From Chiloscyllium plagiosum (Eukaryota): a stretch of 38,597 bases of DNA. Shown piece by piece: positions 13,273 through 25,120 of this stretch. The stretch is taken from contig NC_057719.1 of NCBI RefSeq assembly GCF_004010195.1, positions 37,451,777-37,490,373 of the forward strand, given 5' to 3'. Within the stretch, counting starts at the first letter, position 1. Every line of letters begins with the position of its first letter. The notes below the pieces were generated by a model. The model was not told where the DNA came from. It saw nothing but the letters and a program-made list of their open reading frames with translations, and ran no database searches. Position numbers and translations under genes: made by a program.

Positions 13273-13339
13273 CAGTGCAGAACTGCAGCAGCGAGGAGGT
13301 GTCGTAGAGGCTGCTGTAGCCTGAGAACCCGTCCTCCAT
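13273..13339 (-). CDS. EML1: EML1 (echinoderm microtubule-associated protein-like 1) first coding exon, 67 nt
   Basis: Translates MEDGFSGYSSLYDTSSLLQFCT, near-identical to the recalled human EML1 N-terminus MEDGFSSYSSLYDTSSLLQFCN; phase-1 donor G|GTAAAT at 13273/13272 fits the following Asp codon. Exon 2 was not found in the window. Confidence 0.93.
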
Positions 13340-14100
13340 CCTCAAGCCGAACCCTCCCGTCTCTCCGTTACTTAGTTTGCCCGCCACAGGAGCTGTCCCC
13401 CATTCACGATCCAGTTTTCCGGGGGCTCCCTGCCAGTGTCAGTTACCATAGCAACCCATTCAGTTTCTCTTTCCCCGTTTTCCACAGCCTCTCAAATATA
13501 ACAAAATGTTTCCCTCTTGAGGCTTTGCACACTCAAAGCCACAGCCCAGAGGCTTCCAGAGGGAGCGGACCTGCAGCAAACCAGAGAGAGAGAGAGAAAA
13601 CGCTGGGATGTTTCAGACAGCGAGGGAGAGGGACTGCCAAACTGTGTCTCTAGTTCCTGCCTGTCGGTAATCTTAGACCAGTAAAAACAGGACGAGCATC
13701 CTTTCAAAATACAGCCAGGAAAGCCCGGGCCAATAAGCTTGCAGCAGCCGAGCAGCTGATGGTGGAGGGCTGTGGAAACTCGGCGTGAAAATCGAACCGA
13801 GCCCAGGACTCGGGAGCAACTTGCGGGAGGGAATCTACAGGAATCTCCCTGCCTCAACATACGATCAAGCAGCCATTTCCATCAGCTCATATCTGTCCCA
13901 GCAGCAGGCACTCTTAACCAGCTGATCGCAAACAGGTTTGGAAAAGCTAGCCCAAGCGAAGACGAAGGCGTTATGTTGCTTCATCCACCATTGCTTGGGA
14001 TCGTTTTGGGCAATGCGGTGCTAGTTTGTAATTTTTGTACAAACTCGATTCAGCGTTAGCGGACTGTAAACCGAACACCTCCCGAAAAGTGCAGGACTTT
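13340..14100 (-). promoter_or_regulatory. CpG-rich promoter/5' UTR region of EML1
   Basis: Many retained CpGs relative to the CpG-depleted flanks; repeat-free; CCAAT at 13730-13734; (GA)n at about 13583-13596; lies directly upstream of the EML1 ATG. TSS unknown. Confidence 0.7.
13442..13455. promoter_or_regulatory. RFX X-box motif
   Basis: GTTACCATAGCAAC matches the X-box consensus GTNRCC-N0-3-RGYAAC, about 100 bp upstream of the EML1 ATG. Confidence 0.7.
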
Positions 14101-14764
14101 TATTCTAAAATGCTTCCTAAGTATTTCCATTCATTCAGCAGCAGGCCCTGCAATTTATTCGAAGACATTGCCTGGGGAATATTTGGGATTTGGCTTCTGT
14201 GATAGGATTTTTCTCAAGACATAAAAAACTTAATTAAGTTTAGTTGTAGCTTATAATTGTTAAAAGCAATGGAAGCTGCATTTCAGCTGATTTTTTTTTT
14301 CATTTTAATTCCCAAGTCGATTCCTGCAAATTTGTCTCTAGCTTATTGCTTCTGTATGTACACTTAAACATAAACTCAATAGGCAAAACAGCTCTAATAC
14401 TTGGCAAGGCCACAAGAGAGGTAATGGTGGAGAGTAATTCCCTGGAGGGCCTGCCTGGAATAGCCAGTACATACGCCTCTGTTTTGTAATGTTAGCGTGC
14501 CCACAGCCCATGAATATCATTTTTAAAATGCTTCAGAAATAAAGTCTGCTGAACTAAAATCTAGCAAATCATTAAAATTAACTTTGCAGAATTTCCAGTG
14601 TCTTTTCTGAGACATTACGTGTAATTCTACCAGATGAATGAATGTAGTAAGATGCAATAATGGTTGAAATACAATCCCCAGAGCAGATGCAGAGTTTAAG
14701 AAGAAATTTGGTTTTGTTAGGAAGCCAATGCTTGGATAGTGTGGTTTTCTTTTAAATGGAATCA

Positions 14765-14870
14765 TGTTGAACTTGAAATGTTAACTCTGTTTCTGTCTCC
14801 ACAGATGCTGTCAGACCTGCTGAGTTTCTCCCAACACTTTGTTTTTATTTTAGAAGCTGCAGTACTTTGT
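14765..14870 (+). mobile_element. Old Penelope-like terminal-repeat fragment
   Basis: GAAATGTTAACTCTGTTTCTGTCTCCACAGATGCTGTCAGACCTGCTGAGTTTCTCC...CTGCAGTA shares the GATGCTG.C.GACCTGCTG block with family A. Confidence 0.6.
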
Positions 14871-15054
14871 ACATTACTTTGTGATGACACCTGTTTAATT
14901 AGATAGCCATGCAAGTAGGCCAAATATCAATGAAGGATAATGTTCACTGAAATAATTCAAAATATGAACAGATGATCCTGTGTCACAAAGCAGAACTATT
15001 GTGTACCAATACTGCAGAATCACATTAAAATCACGCTGCTTCTTTGGTACATGA

Positions 15055-15225
15055 AGAAATAAAGACTTGCATTTATAACGAATGTTTCACAGGAAGCCCC
15101 AAAGCTCTTTGCAGTTAATGAAGAACTTTTGAAATGTAATGTAATGTTGTAATGTAAGAACATTGCTTATGTGTGCGTTAGCACTGATCAACTTTCATTC
15201 TATTGTTAGTAGATAATTGGCCCCA
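15055..15225 (-). mobile_element. Deu-domain SINE 3' part, degraded
   Basis: GACTTGCATTTATA...CCCAAAGCTCTTTGCAGTTAATGAAGAACTTTTGAAATGTA...TGTTGTAATGTAAGAA is the reverse of the tail seen at 3890-3975. Confidence 0.6.
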
Positions 15226-15879
15226 AAGGTCTGCTCTCTAACAGTTTCACTTACTCTTTCAATACCCTGGCACTTTGAATACTTGCATCATTTCTAATTC
15301 CAAGCAGTTGATAAATTTTCCTTGACTACTCAAAGAGTTGCTGAGGAAATGATTCTTTTTCTCTAACTCACTCTGCACCTCCTCCAATTGTAACTCCTGA
15401 AATCAAATTAGCTCATCTAACATAGATGTAGGCTTGTTTGGAAAAAGTCACTGATTGGAAAAATAGATTCTAAAAACAAACAAACCTCTTTTTTGTCCCA
15501 GTTACTTTTCTGGCATTTGAATAATTATATGAATTATACTTGTATATTTGTTAGGGTTATGATAAAATAATATTTATGCAATTTTCCCATACATAATGAG
15601 TGGAAGGGCAGTTCCATCTCAAGCACTATAAAGCGAGAGGGAATAACGAAATAGATCAGAAAGAACAGAAGAGAAACAGAAAAGTCCTGATGGTCTGTTA
15701 ATAAAATACCACAGCATATTTGAAGTAACTATGCTGTAGAATATGCTACCAGCCCATGTGGATAGCTGCAGTAGATTCCCTCCCGCAATGACTGAGTCAT
15801 CCTTGTACGTTGTGATAGATCAAACATTGAGGAGTTGTCTATCTCATCACTGGACAAATAGCATTGTTGAATGCAATCA

Positions 15880-16145
15880 GGCAGATGCCAGTGCAGTTCA
15901 GGATGGAGCATTACATTACTGGGGGTATCATCTTCAAATAATATCTTTAACATGCATTGTCAAACAGACACAAAAACACCATGGCACCAGTCACACAGCG
16001 TGGAATTCACTTGCTATCTTGTCAATGTTTCTTTGATTCACCATCACCAATTACAGCTTAACTGGTCATTGTTTCATTTTTTGTTGGTTGAATGTTGCTG
16101 AATACAAATTGGAAGCTACATTTGACTTCATAACAACAGTGACTG
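15880..16145 (+). mobile_element. Deu-domain SINE, highly degraded
   Basis: CAGTGCAGT...AAAACACCATGGCAC...ACTGGTCATT...CAAATTGGAAGCTACATTTG...ATAACAACAGTGACT. Confidence 0.45.
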
Positions 16146-16329
16146 TTGTAACCTCAGATACCATCGCTGCTAGCATGTAGTGGTCTGATTTGGGTAACCC
16201 TATGCCCACAATCTTCCTTTCTCTATGATGGGTCTAGCACTTGGCTAAGTATCAGTGGTATGGGAGAGACCACAAGTGACTCTAAACAGAACCTGTGTTG
16301 GGCTGGTAATTTAGAGTTTGGGAAAAGGT

Positions 16330-16615
16330 TGGGGGGGGGGGGAGGAATTGTTGAAAAATTAGGGGTTTCCCATTTAAGACTGAGATATTTTTCTCTTGGG
16401 GATCAGGGGATTCTCTTCACCAGAGAGCATTGATTATATGGAAAGCTGAAGTTAGGCAGAATTTTAATCAACAGGGGAGTCGAGTGTTATGAGGGGTGGT
16501 GTAGGTAGAAAAATGGAAAAGGCCATAATCAGATCAACCATGATGTTATTGGATGGTTAATCAGGCTCAAAGGTCTGAAAAGCCTACTTCTGCTTCTATT
16601 TTTTTATGTTCTTAC
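16330..16615 (+). mobile_element. Degraded CR1 3' end
   Basis: CCATTTAAGACTGAGAT...GGCCATAATCAGATCAACCATGATG...CAGGCTCAAAGGTCTGAAAAGCCTACTTCTGCTTCTATT...TTATGTTCTTA. Confidence 0.65.
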
Positions 16616-17854
16616 ATAACAAAGTAGTTTATTGCATGATAGCAACAGTTCAGTTTACATTACTAATTAGCCATAATTACAAAGAACTCATGGGAGCAGT
16701 ACAGAATACACTTGCTCCCTTTGCCGACTTGTGCAGAACTCCTCTGTCTCCACCCAAAGATTGTGCGATGTCACCAGATTGGTGGAGCTCAGTATAACAA
16801 GAACATTAAGTCTTTCAGAACCATTACTTCATACACAATGACTACACTAGTAGCAATTCATTAGTCAAAAGCACTACATACATGTAAAATAAAGAAATAA
16901 TGTTGCAAGTGCAAGAACTGGAGTTCAAGAAAAATCAAACAATTTTAAATGCATTGCAGAAGTTGGATTTGGATTTCTAACATTACCAAGAGCTGAACTA
17001 TACCAAACCACTGAAAGTCTTCAGGTTTGACGCCTTTCTGTGCTGAATTAGCTGATCTCATGGAAAGCATAAGGGAGACTGTGATTGACATTACCATCCC
17101 TGCATTAGAAACTGACTGTTACACCCATCCCTATTCTATATCAATTTCTTATGGAAGTGTGTGGACATAGATTGACATAGATTGAGTCCAGGCTAACATT
17201 CAGATTTATTGCCCCATTAAATACAATGACCTGTTAGCAATCAAGTTCTTTCCATGCTTGAGAAAGGCAGTAGAAACGATGGCACATTCAATTATTCCTG
17301 GTATACAATTCAATGAAAAGATGGGTAACACTGAAAACATGACGTGTTGTCAGCAATTCCAGTGCAAGGATTACCCAAATTGCATTGCTAATGCAAGGAA
17401 CAAAAATGTTTTCCTTGATGTAATCTCATTGTTAGACCTAGAAAGCTATAGCTTCTATATTTTTGACTCATGGCCTGATTAGTTAGCTCACTGCAATGTT
17501 GTATAGTCAAGAGTACAATCTTTCATAAGCAGGATGCAAAAGCCAAAATTATTGATAGAAGGAAATCCAGTTTACTCTGCAGACGTACACCAGTATATCC
17601 TGCTGCTGACCCATGCCAATCTAATTTTACACAGCAGCGTTTATTTGTTGATGGATGGAATCATAACCTACACACACCTACTTTTTATGGCTTTCTTTAA
17701 ACTTAGTATTTGTTTGTTTTACCCAAGTTGTTTTTTTTCCACTTTCTGAATAATGCACATTTATGCTCCCATCTCTTTCTCATTATTACTGAAATCCCAA
17801 CAAATATTAATTCCCTCCATGCCTCACAGATTATGCTACTGTAGGTCCCTTTTG

Positions 17855-17964
17855 TGGCAGCGCTTCTAAAGCTTGAAATTTCAAATAAGCTTGTTGGGCT
17901 ATAACCTGGTGTTCTGTGACTGCCGACTTTGTCCTTCCTAGTCCAATACTGGTGCCCCAACATC
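17855..17964 (+). mobile_element. Penelope-like family B fragment, degraded
   Basis: GCAGCGCTTCTAAAGCTTG...AAATAAGCTTGTTGGGCTATAACCTGGTG...AGTCCAATACTGG aligns with 35597-35700. Confidence 0.7.
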
Positions 17965-18573
17965 ATTCTGCCCAATGGATAGGCAAGTGGTATCCAAGGA
18001 TTCCTGAAAGGGCCATTGGTGGCAGGCATGAGTGCTCAGCAAAGGAAAGGGTGTAAAGAGTGAGGCATGTCTTCTTCCCCAATGTTTGCAGCAACTGGAG
18101 GTCAACTGGAAAATGCCAGCTGTCCTCTGACAAAGAGTATTGAAGGCCATTAAACTATCTGAAATGGTTACACTGGCACTGGGACTAGCTCATGTTGTGA
18201 AATCCCCCATCCACCTGATTCTGGGTCTGTCTCCACGATGGCCTAAACCTTCAGATGTGAAAACTGACACTCGTGTTAAATTGTAAATTAGTTTTTCCCA
18301 TTTTGACATATTGCTAGGATTCCCAATGCTTCTACTTGTCCTTTTAAAGATACTTTTCTTTAACTGGTTCAGAATGTGATGCATTTATGGATTAGTTGGG
18401 GCTTGAATTCAAGCATTCTGGCCCAGAAGTAGAGACATTACCATTAAACCACAAAATCCCTCTATCTGTCCCTTTTATACTTGCGATGTTGAATTCCAGG
18501 GGTAGCAGAAAAGATTATGTATCAGCCTTTCACTTTTGTGAACCTTCACTCAAATTTAACTCAAATAGTATCT

Positions 18574-18650
18574 AACTAATATTACATTGGGCTTTTACTG
18601 CCAATAGGTTGTGTATCTATTGGCAATAAGAGTCCAATGTAATATTAGTT
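18574..18650. repeat. 77-nt inverted repeat (34-bp arms, 9-nt loop)
   Basis: 18574-18607 pairs with 18617-18650: 31/34 Watson-Crick, plus two G-T and one C-A on the + strand. Confidence 0.9.
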
Positions 18651-20949
18651 TGGATAACATCAGTCCAGTTCCTCATGGGTAAATGAACTGACAAGCTGGC
18701 AAGTTCACTTAGAGAGGAATATGGTAAATAGATAAAATGCTTTTCTGAAACAGCTGTTGGGATGAACTGCAAATGTGGCTCCTGAGGTGGAGGAGTCCTT
18801 TATCCAGCATTAATATCATTCACCCTAATGAATGCAAAAAAATTAATGGGAAACTAATTGGGTCTGTCCTTGTTTTCTCAAAGAGCAGCAGTGGTTTCAA
18901 ATTAAGCTGAAAAGAAATTGTCCTGTCTCCTTCAGTAAACCTGAACTTTTTTAGTTACAGCGTTAAGACTATGCAGAATAAACACAAGTGAATTTCACTG
19001 TTTACAAATTTATATTGGTTTAGAAATAGTTGTGGTTTGGAATGACCAGGTAAAATGATGTTCCTGGCATAGTTGATCTTTATTAAATGTCAAAGATTTT
19101 AATGAAATGAGAAGCTGGACGGGTGTTCTGTTTCACATCATCTTTTAGCATTCGCTCCCTGTTTGTACTAGAGATTAAGTACTCAAAGCACAACGGCACC
19201 CTCTTTATAAATGAAAGATTTTCCCACAGTCTGAAGTCAGGTGCTAGGTCCCACAGGATACTAACCATTACTCCACTATTGTTCTTTTCTCCCTGTTTGC
19301 TGGAAGCTGGCCAATCTCCTGAGAGGAACGAAGCTTGAAACATTATGCTGCAGAGTTCATGCCTGTCAGATTTAACTACTCAAGTAAGCAAGAACAAACG
19401 TCGCAAGTGATATCTATTAGGGCCCTGAAACATGAACTGCTGGCCGGCCGTAAGTTTTATGATAATGACCATAGATTATTTTAACACAGAAAAGAATGTA
19501 GAATTGCATGCAGGTTGATGTTACATTAAGTCACTTTGGCAGAGATTCACTGGACATTGATTTCCTAAACAAATTTCCTATGTGCTGAGTTTTAAGCTCG
19601 GAGAGATAAGGGGCTACCCCGCAGCGAAGGAAATGCAGAAGTTACTGTCACATGTCTGTCAGTGCTGACACCTGCCTGATCTCAGATTTAGGTCGGGATG
19701 TGGCAGGACATTAATGCACAAACGTCGGGAAAATGAAGGAATGACTTGGATTAGAAACGGGACAGGATGAGCCAAGTTCCCCGTTTGTGTCCGGGTGGCC
19801 CTTTCTCCAGGTTATGGATGGATAGCGGGTGAGAACAGAACAGCATCTGTCCCAGGTGGGATTATCTCCACGATGGCGTTGTGAATTCACAATTACTGCC
19901 TCTGCTCACGTAGGAAGAGGGGCCGCTTAGGCAAGGTATCGGAGAGTGCTCCGTATCCATGGAACCACATCACATCCACAAGTCAGTGCCTTCAGGAGAG
20001 GACAAAAGGTATATTGAGTGAGATTATCCATGTAGATAAGGAGGAATAATGAGGATGTGGATAACGACGGGTGGCTATGTGCATATTAAAGAGTGATTTC
20101 ATATACATAATGGGGGGGGGGGGGGGGGGGGGAAGCTCTTTGAATATTCAACAGTGGATCCCTGTAAACAATCTGCAAATGGTTTTCAATAATGTGTCAC
20201 CATTGTGAGCAAATTGAATTTTGCCTGGTCGTGCTAGTGTTTTTTTAAACTTGCAAGGTTCCGTTTTAGGATCAGTTCAAAAGCAGTTAACTCTTTACCA
20301 CACAACGGTTCTCAGAACTGAGGGGACCAGAGGGTCGATTTCAAATGTAATGGTGATGGTTCTGTTTAATTTTACAAGATGGTGTAGTTTTAAAGCAATG
20401 GAAAGATCTGACTCGGCAGGTGAGCCAATTCGCCACATTGATAAATATTTAGATCAACAACAAATATAGCATTCTTTGTCTTCATTGCCGGTTGGTAAAA
20501 TATTCAGTGTGATTAGTTACATCATGGGAAGTATATTGTCTAAACACTGACTTAAAGGCAGGTGACAGAGAGGAGATAAGACCTGTGTTCTAACTACAGC
20601 AACAGGAACCTTTTTGCTTGTGAAGGATCCTGACCAGTTTAGCTTTAGAAAGTTCGTTGAGCGAAGCAATATTCAAAGGTTCAGTAAATTGTATATTTAT
20701 TGTTTTACAAAACCAAAAATCAGTGAAACTCATTGTAAAAAAAAGCATTGTTAATACATCATTTGTGGAGTATTTTGTAAAAAAAAAATCAGTTCATGGT
20801 TTGCTTCCTTGTCACATCATTGTAAACTGTTGTTCCACTTTGTGTCCTAACAGCATATCTTTTTGTTATTTTTTTCCTCATGGATTTATCTAGCTTTATC
20901 TTAATTTCATCCTGCAGTGGAGAGAAGGAAATTCAAATGGCGGTACATT

Positions 20950-21640
20950 TCAACAACTAGTTGCATTTATGTTGTTCTCTTAACAGAAAAACATTTCAAT
21001 GTGTTTCATAGAAACATAATCAGACGATAAATAAATGATCAATTTAAGAAGCCAATACAATGATGAAGAACGACGACATTAAAGGAGGCCTGAGAAGTGA
21101 ATAAGTATATGGTTTAAGGCAAGACTTATAAAGGATGGGATCTAGATAGCTGAAAGTATTGGTGGGTATAGAGAGGGTGAATCATAAGAGGCAGGATTCA
21201 AAGGAGTTGTTTTGTTTCATGTGTTGTTTGTTTCAAAGTGCTTATTAAAAAGGACAGATAGAAAGGCACAAAGATTTTCAAAGAAATTCCAGAAATTAGG
21301 CCAATAGTACAGCCACTAATGGTGAGAATTTTAACATTGGAAAATCTAAAAGGCCACAGTTAGATGATGGTAAAATTGGAGATTTGTAGGGCTAGACATG
21401 ATTACTGATTTAGGGAAGGGTGAGCCGATGAAGACGTTGAAAACAAAGATGACAATTTTAAAATTGATTGGGAGCCAGTGACCACACCATTGCTGAGTAA
21501 ATTGAAGATGGAGCAACTATGGACGTGAGCAGCAGAGATTTGGATGATCTCAAGCATAGAGAGAGCATAGAATATGGAAGGTGCTGCAGGAATGTGTTGG
21601 AAAGCTCATGCCTAAACATAACAATGGTATGGAAGAGGGA
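20950..21640 (-). mobile_element. L2-type LINE 3' region, degraded
   Basis: CAACAACTAGTTGCATTTAT 3' end; TAGATAGCTGAAAG, GGGAGCCAGTG (HWLP antisense) and GCAGCAGAGATTTGGATGA (IQISAA antisense) motifs. Confidence 0.65.
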
Positions 21641-21666
21641 CACTCAAAACTGTAATTATGCTTCAG

Positions 21667-21860
21667 GATTTGGAGATGCCATTGGACTGGGGTGTACAAA
21701 ATTAAAAATCACACAACATCAGGTTATAGTCTAACAGGTTTAATTGGAAGTACTAGCTTTCAGAGCACCGCTCCTTCATCAGGTGGTTTCAACCGCTCCG
21801 AAAGCCAGTGCTTCCAATTAAACCTGTTGGACTATAACCTGGTGTTTTGTGATTTTTAAC
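21667..21860 (-). mobile_element. Penelope-like family B fold-back insert with 12-bp TSD and hammerhead motif
   Basis: ATTATGCTTCAG at 21655-21666 and 21861-21872; minus 21751-21785 reads CAC CTGATGA A GGAGC GGT GCTCT GAAAG CTA GTA; the inverted arm restarts at GCTCCGAAAG (21795). Confidence 0.9.
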
Positions 21861-22219
21861 ATTATGCTTCAGAGCTACCTAATTGGCTGGAAAGCATATC
21901 CTGAAATTTTGGAAAGGTGCCATATAAAATCAAGGGCTGAGTGTTTTTTTTTTGACTAAGTCTGAATTGATTCAAGCTTTTTTGGAGGTTTGTAGCAGTG
22001 TGGATTAGCAAGTTCGTGCACCCACATCTTATCAATTGTATTGCATCAAATACTTACCTCACCCCAGGACATCTCTCACATCTGATTCCTGCCACATCAT
22101 CCGACATGCCATTTATAGAACTACCCCACCACCAGCGGATATCATGGAATTCATCAACATTCCAAACAACCTGTAAAAGCCCACTCTGCACCCAGCCAAG
22201 ACCTGTAAGTCTAGAGCAG

Positions 22220-23360
22220 CTTTGCATAGTAAACTAATGGAAAAAGTGAAGTCACATGGCATGCAGTATGTTCTAGATAGGTGGATAAAGAACTGGCTGA
22301 GCAACAGGAGACAGAGAGTAGTAGTTGAAGAGAGTTTCTTGAAATGGAGAAAGGTGACCAGTGGTGTCCCACAGAGATCAGTGCTGGGGCCTCTGTTGTT
22401 TGTGATATACATAAATGATCTGGAAGAGGGCAGTGCTGGTCTGATCAGTAAGTTTGCAGATGACATAAAGATTGGTGGAGTAGCAGAAAGCATAGGAGAC
22501 TGTCAAAGAATATAGGAGGAGATAGATAGACTGAAGAGTGTGGCAGATGGAGTTCCATCCAGGCAAATGTGAGGTGTTGCATTTTGGGAAGACTAATTCC
22601 AGAGCAAACTATACTGTAAACGGAAGAGCCTTGGGAAAAGTTAATGAGCAGAGAGATCTGGGAGTTCAGGTCCATTATACCCTGAAGGTGGCTGCATAGG
22701 TGGATAAAGTGGTCAAGAAGGCATATGGTATGCTTGGCTTGATCGGACGGGGTATTGAGTATAAGAGCTGGCAAATCATGTTAACATTGTACGAGACTTT
22801 GGTTCAGCTGCATTTAGAATACTGTGTACCATTCTGGTCACCACATTATCAAAAGGATGTGGGCACTTTGGAGAGGGTGCAGAGAAGGTTAACGAGGATG
22901 TTGCCTGGTATGGAAGGTGCTAGCTATGAAGAGAGGTTGAGTAGGTTAGGATTGTTTTCATCAGAAAAAAGGAGATTGAGGGGGTGTCTGATTGAGGTCT
23001 ACAAAATCATGAAGGATATAGACAGGGTGGATAGTGGTAAACTTTTTCCCAGGGTGAGGGACTCAATAACGAGAGGTCACACATTCAAGGTGAGAAATGA
23101 AAAGCTCAAGGATGATACATGCAGAAAGTACTTTACACAGAGGGTGGAAGGTGCCTGGAATGCGTTGCCAGCAGAGGTATTAGAGACAGGCATGGTAGAT
23201 TCATTTAAGGTATGTCTGGACAGATGCAAGAATAGGTGGGGAGCAGAGGGATATAGATTCTTAGGAATTGGGCAATAGATTTCGACAGTGGATTTGGATC
23301 AGCTCAGGCACGGAGGGCCAAAGGGCCTGTTCCTGGGCTGTAAATTTTCTTTGTTCTTTG
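22220..23360 (+). mobile_element. CR1 LINE, 5'-truncated (RT domain to 3' UTR)
   Basis: [83 protein letters not shown] tail; frameshifted. Confidence 0.95.
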
Positions 23361-23409
23361 CATTGTTCCTGACATTTTGCCCCATCTGAAGCAAACCACG
23401 TCTGAGGCA

Positions 23410-23615
23410 AATGGCACCCACTGTCTAGGAAAGGATCTGGAGGTCTTTCTGGATGGAGTGATGCTCAGGTGCATCTTCCTCTTTCTCCAGGACCAGCAGC
23501 GGAAGCCACAACACCTGACCATGCCAGCCTGGTCCAAGATTGTCGCCCTGGGGACTGAAGTCTCAACTGTCTGGAGGAATGCCCAGCACAGTAGGAAGAA
23601 AATCAATGACCTTTT
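23410..23615 (+). pseudogene. Myb/SANT-like DNA-binding domain remnant (Harbinger accessory gene, part 1)
   Basis: KDLEVFLDGV..LF..QQRKPQHLTMPAWSKIVA..STVWRNAQHSRKKINDL fits the L.VL..V...W..IA...R...Q.RKK.NDL pattern of the Myb/SANT-like family. Confidence 0.65.
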
Positions 23616-24638
23616 CCAGCATAAATGCTACCATCTTATCTCTGACTCCTCACATACACTCTATCTCTGCTATTGTACCCACCTCCTACCACCCTCACCA
23701 ATGTCTGCAACATCTTCCCTCACTCGCTGGCATCCACCCAAAGCTTGAGACTATGAAGCATAAGCTCATAAAGACTTGGCACAGGAGTAGGTTGTGTGAC
23801 CTCTCAGTCCTGTTCCACCACTCAATAGAATCATAGCTGATCTGATATTCCTCATGCCGACTTGTTTGCCCTTTTCCCTGTAACCCTTGATTCCTCGACT
23901 AATCAAGAATCTATCTGCCTTACTCAAGGACTCTGCCCACCCCCCCCCCCAGCTCTCTACAGAAAGGTGTTTCAAAACCGTCGAACCCTCAGAGAAGAAA
24001 TTCCTCCTCATCTCACAATTTTAAACTGGTGCACATTTATTCTGAGACTACACCGTCTGGTCCGAGACTCCCCCATGAGGGGAAACATCCTCTCAGCATT
24101 TACCCTGTCCAGCCCCTTAAGAATCCAGTGTTTCAATGAGACCACCTCTCATTCCTCTAAACTTCATGGAATAGAGACCCACTCTGTTCAGCTTTTGCTC
24201 ATAAGGCAATCCCTCCAAACCAGGGATCATCCTAGTGAACCTTCTCTGAACTGCCTCCAATTAAATCATAGTTTTTCTTAAATAAGGGGACAAAACTGCT
24301 CACTGTACTCCACGTGATCCCAGCAGCACCTTGTGCAGGTGCAGTAAGACTTTCTTACTCTTATACTCCAATCCCCCTTGAAATATGAACCAACATTCCA
24401 TGAGTATTTCTGATTACCTGCTGCATCTATGGGCCAGCTTTCTTTGTATCATGTACAAATACCCCCAAGTCCCTTTGTGTTGCACCTCTCAGCAGTTATT
24501 CTCCATTAAATAATATTATCCCTTTGTTTTCCCTTCCAAGATTAGCAATTCATATTTTCCCACATTATACTCCAATTGCAAAATTTTTGTCCAATTACTT
24601 AACATATAAATACCACTCTAAACTAGTTGTGCTCCTTT

Positions 24639-24680
24639 TGCTCCTCGGATGTTGCCTGACCTGTTGTGGTTTCCAGCACC
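24639..24680 (+). mobile_element. Short Penelope-like family A fragment inside CR1
   Basis: TGCTCCTCGGATGTTGCCTGACCTGTTGTGGTTTCCAGCACC matches family A. Confidence 0.65.
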
Positions 24681-25042
24681 TATTGACTCCTTTTGCAACC
24701 CACCCCTACACCTAATTGTGTCATCTGGAAATTCAGCGCTAGTACACTCACTTCCTTCCTTCAAGTCATTAACGTAGATTGTAAAGAGTTGCAGTTCCAG
24801 CACTGCTCCCTGTGGAACTTACTGGTCACAAGTCACCAACCTGAAAAAGAAAGCCTTATCCCTACTCACTGTTTCCTGTTCATGAGCCAATTCTCTACCC
24901 ATGCCACTACACTACCTCCAATAGTGTGAACTCTAATCCTATGACTTAACCTTTTGTGAGATGCCTTGGTGAAAGCCTTCTGGAAATCCAAATTCAACAT
25001 ATCTACTGGTTCCTCTCTATCCACTCTTGCTGAGAATTCCTG

Positions 25043-25120
25043 TTAGGTGGGCTTGGATCGGCGCAACATCGAGGGCCAAAGGGCCTGTACTGCGCTGTAT
25101 TCTTCTATGTTCTATGTTCT
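25043..25120 (+). mobile_element. 78-bp CR1 3' terminal insert with 44-bp flanking direct duplication
   Basis: GATCGGCGCAACATCGAGGGCCAAAGGGCCTGTACTGCGCTGTA plus (TTCTATG)n tail; identical 44-mers at 24999-25042 and 25121-25164. Confidence 0.9.

Noticed and set aside
13124..13387. 87-aa single-exon ORF from the track
   Set aside because: Only 13273-13339 matches EML1; the remainder reads through the splice donor into the intron.
16990..17230. Possible ancient SINE remnant (CTGTGCTGAATTAGCTGATCTCA)
   Set aside because: Resemblance is from memory only and boundaries could not be defined.
19801..19970. Splice-like signals (CTTTCTCCAG acceptor on plus, GTGAG donor on minus with a short ATG frame)
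   Set aside because: No recognisable peptide and weak or phase-ambiguous sites; kept only as a regulatory candidate.
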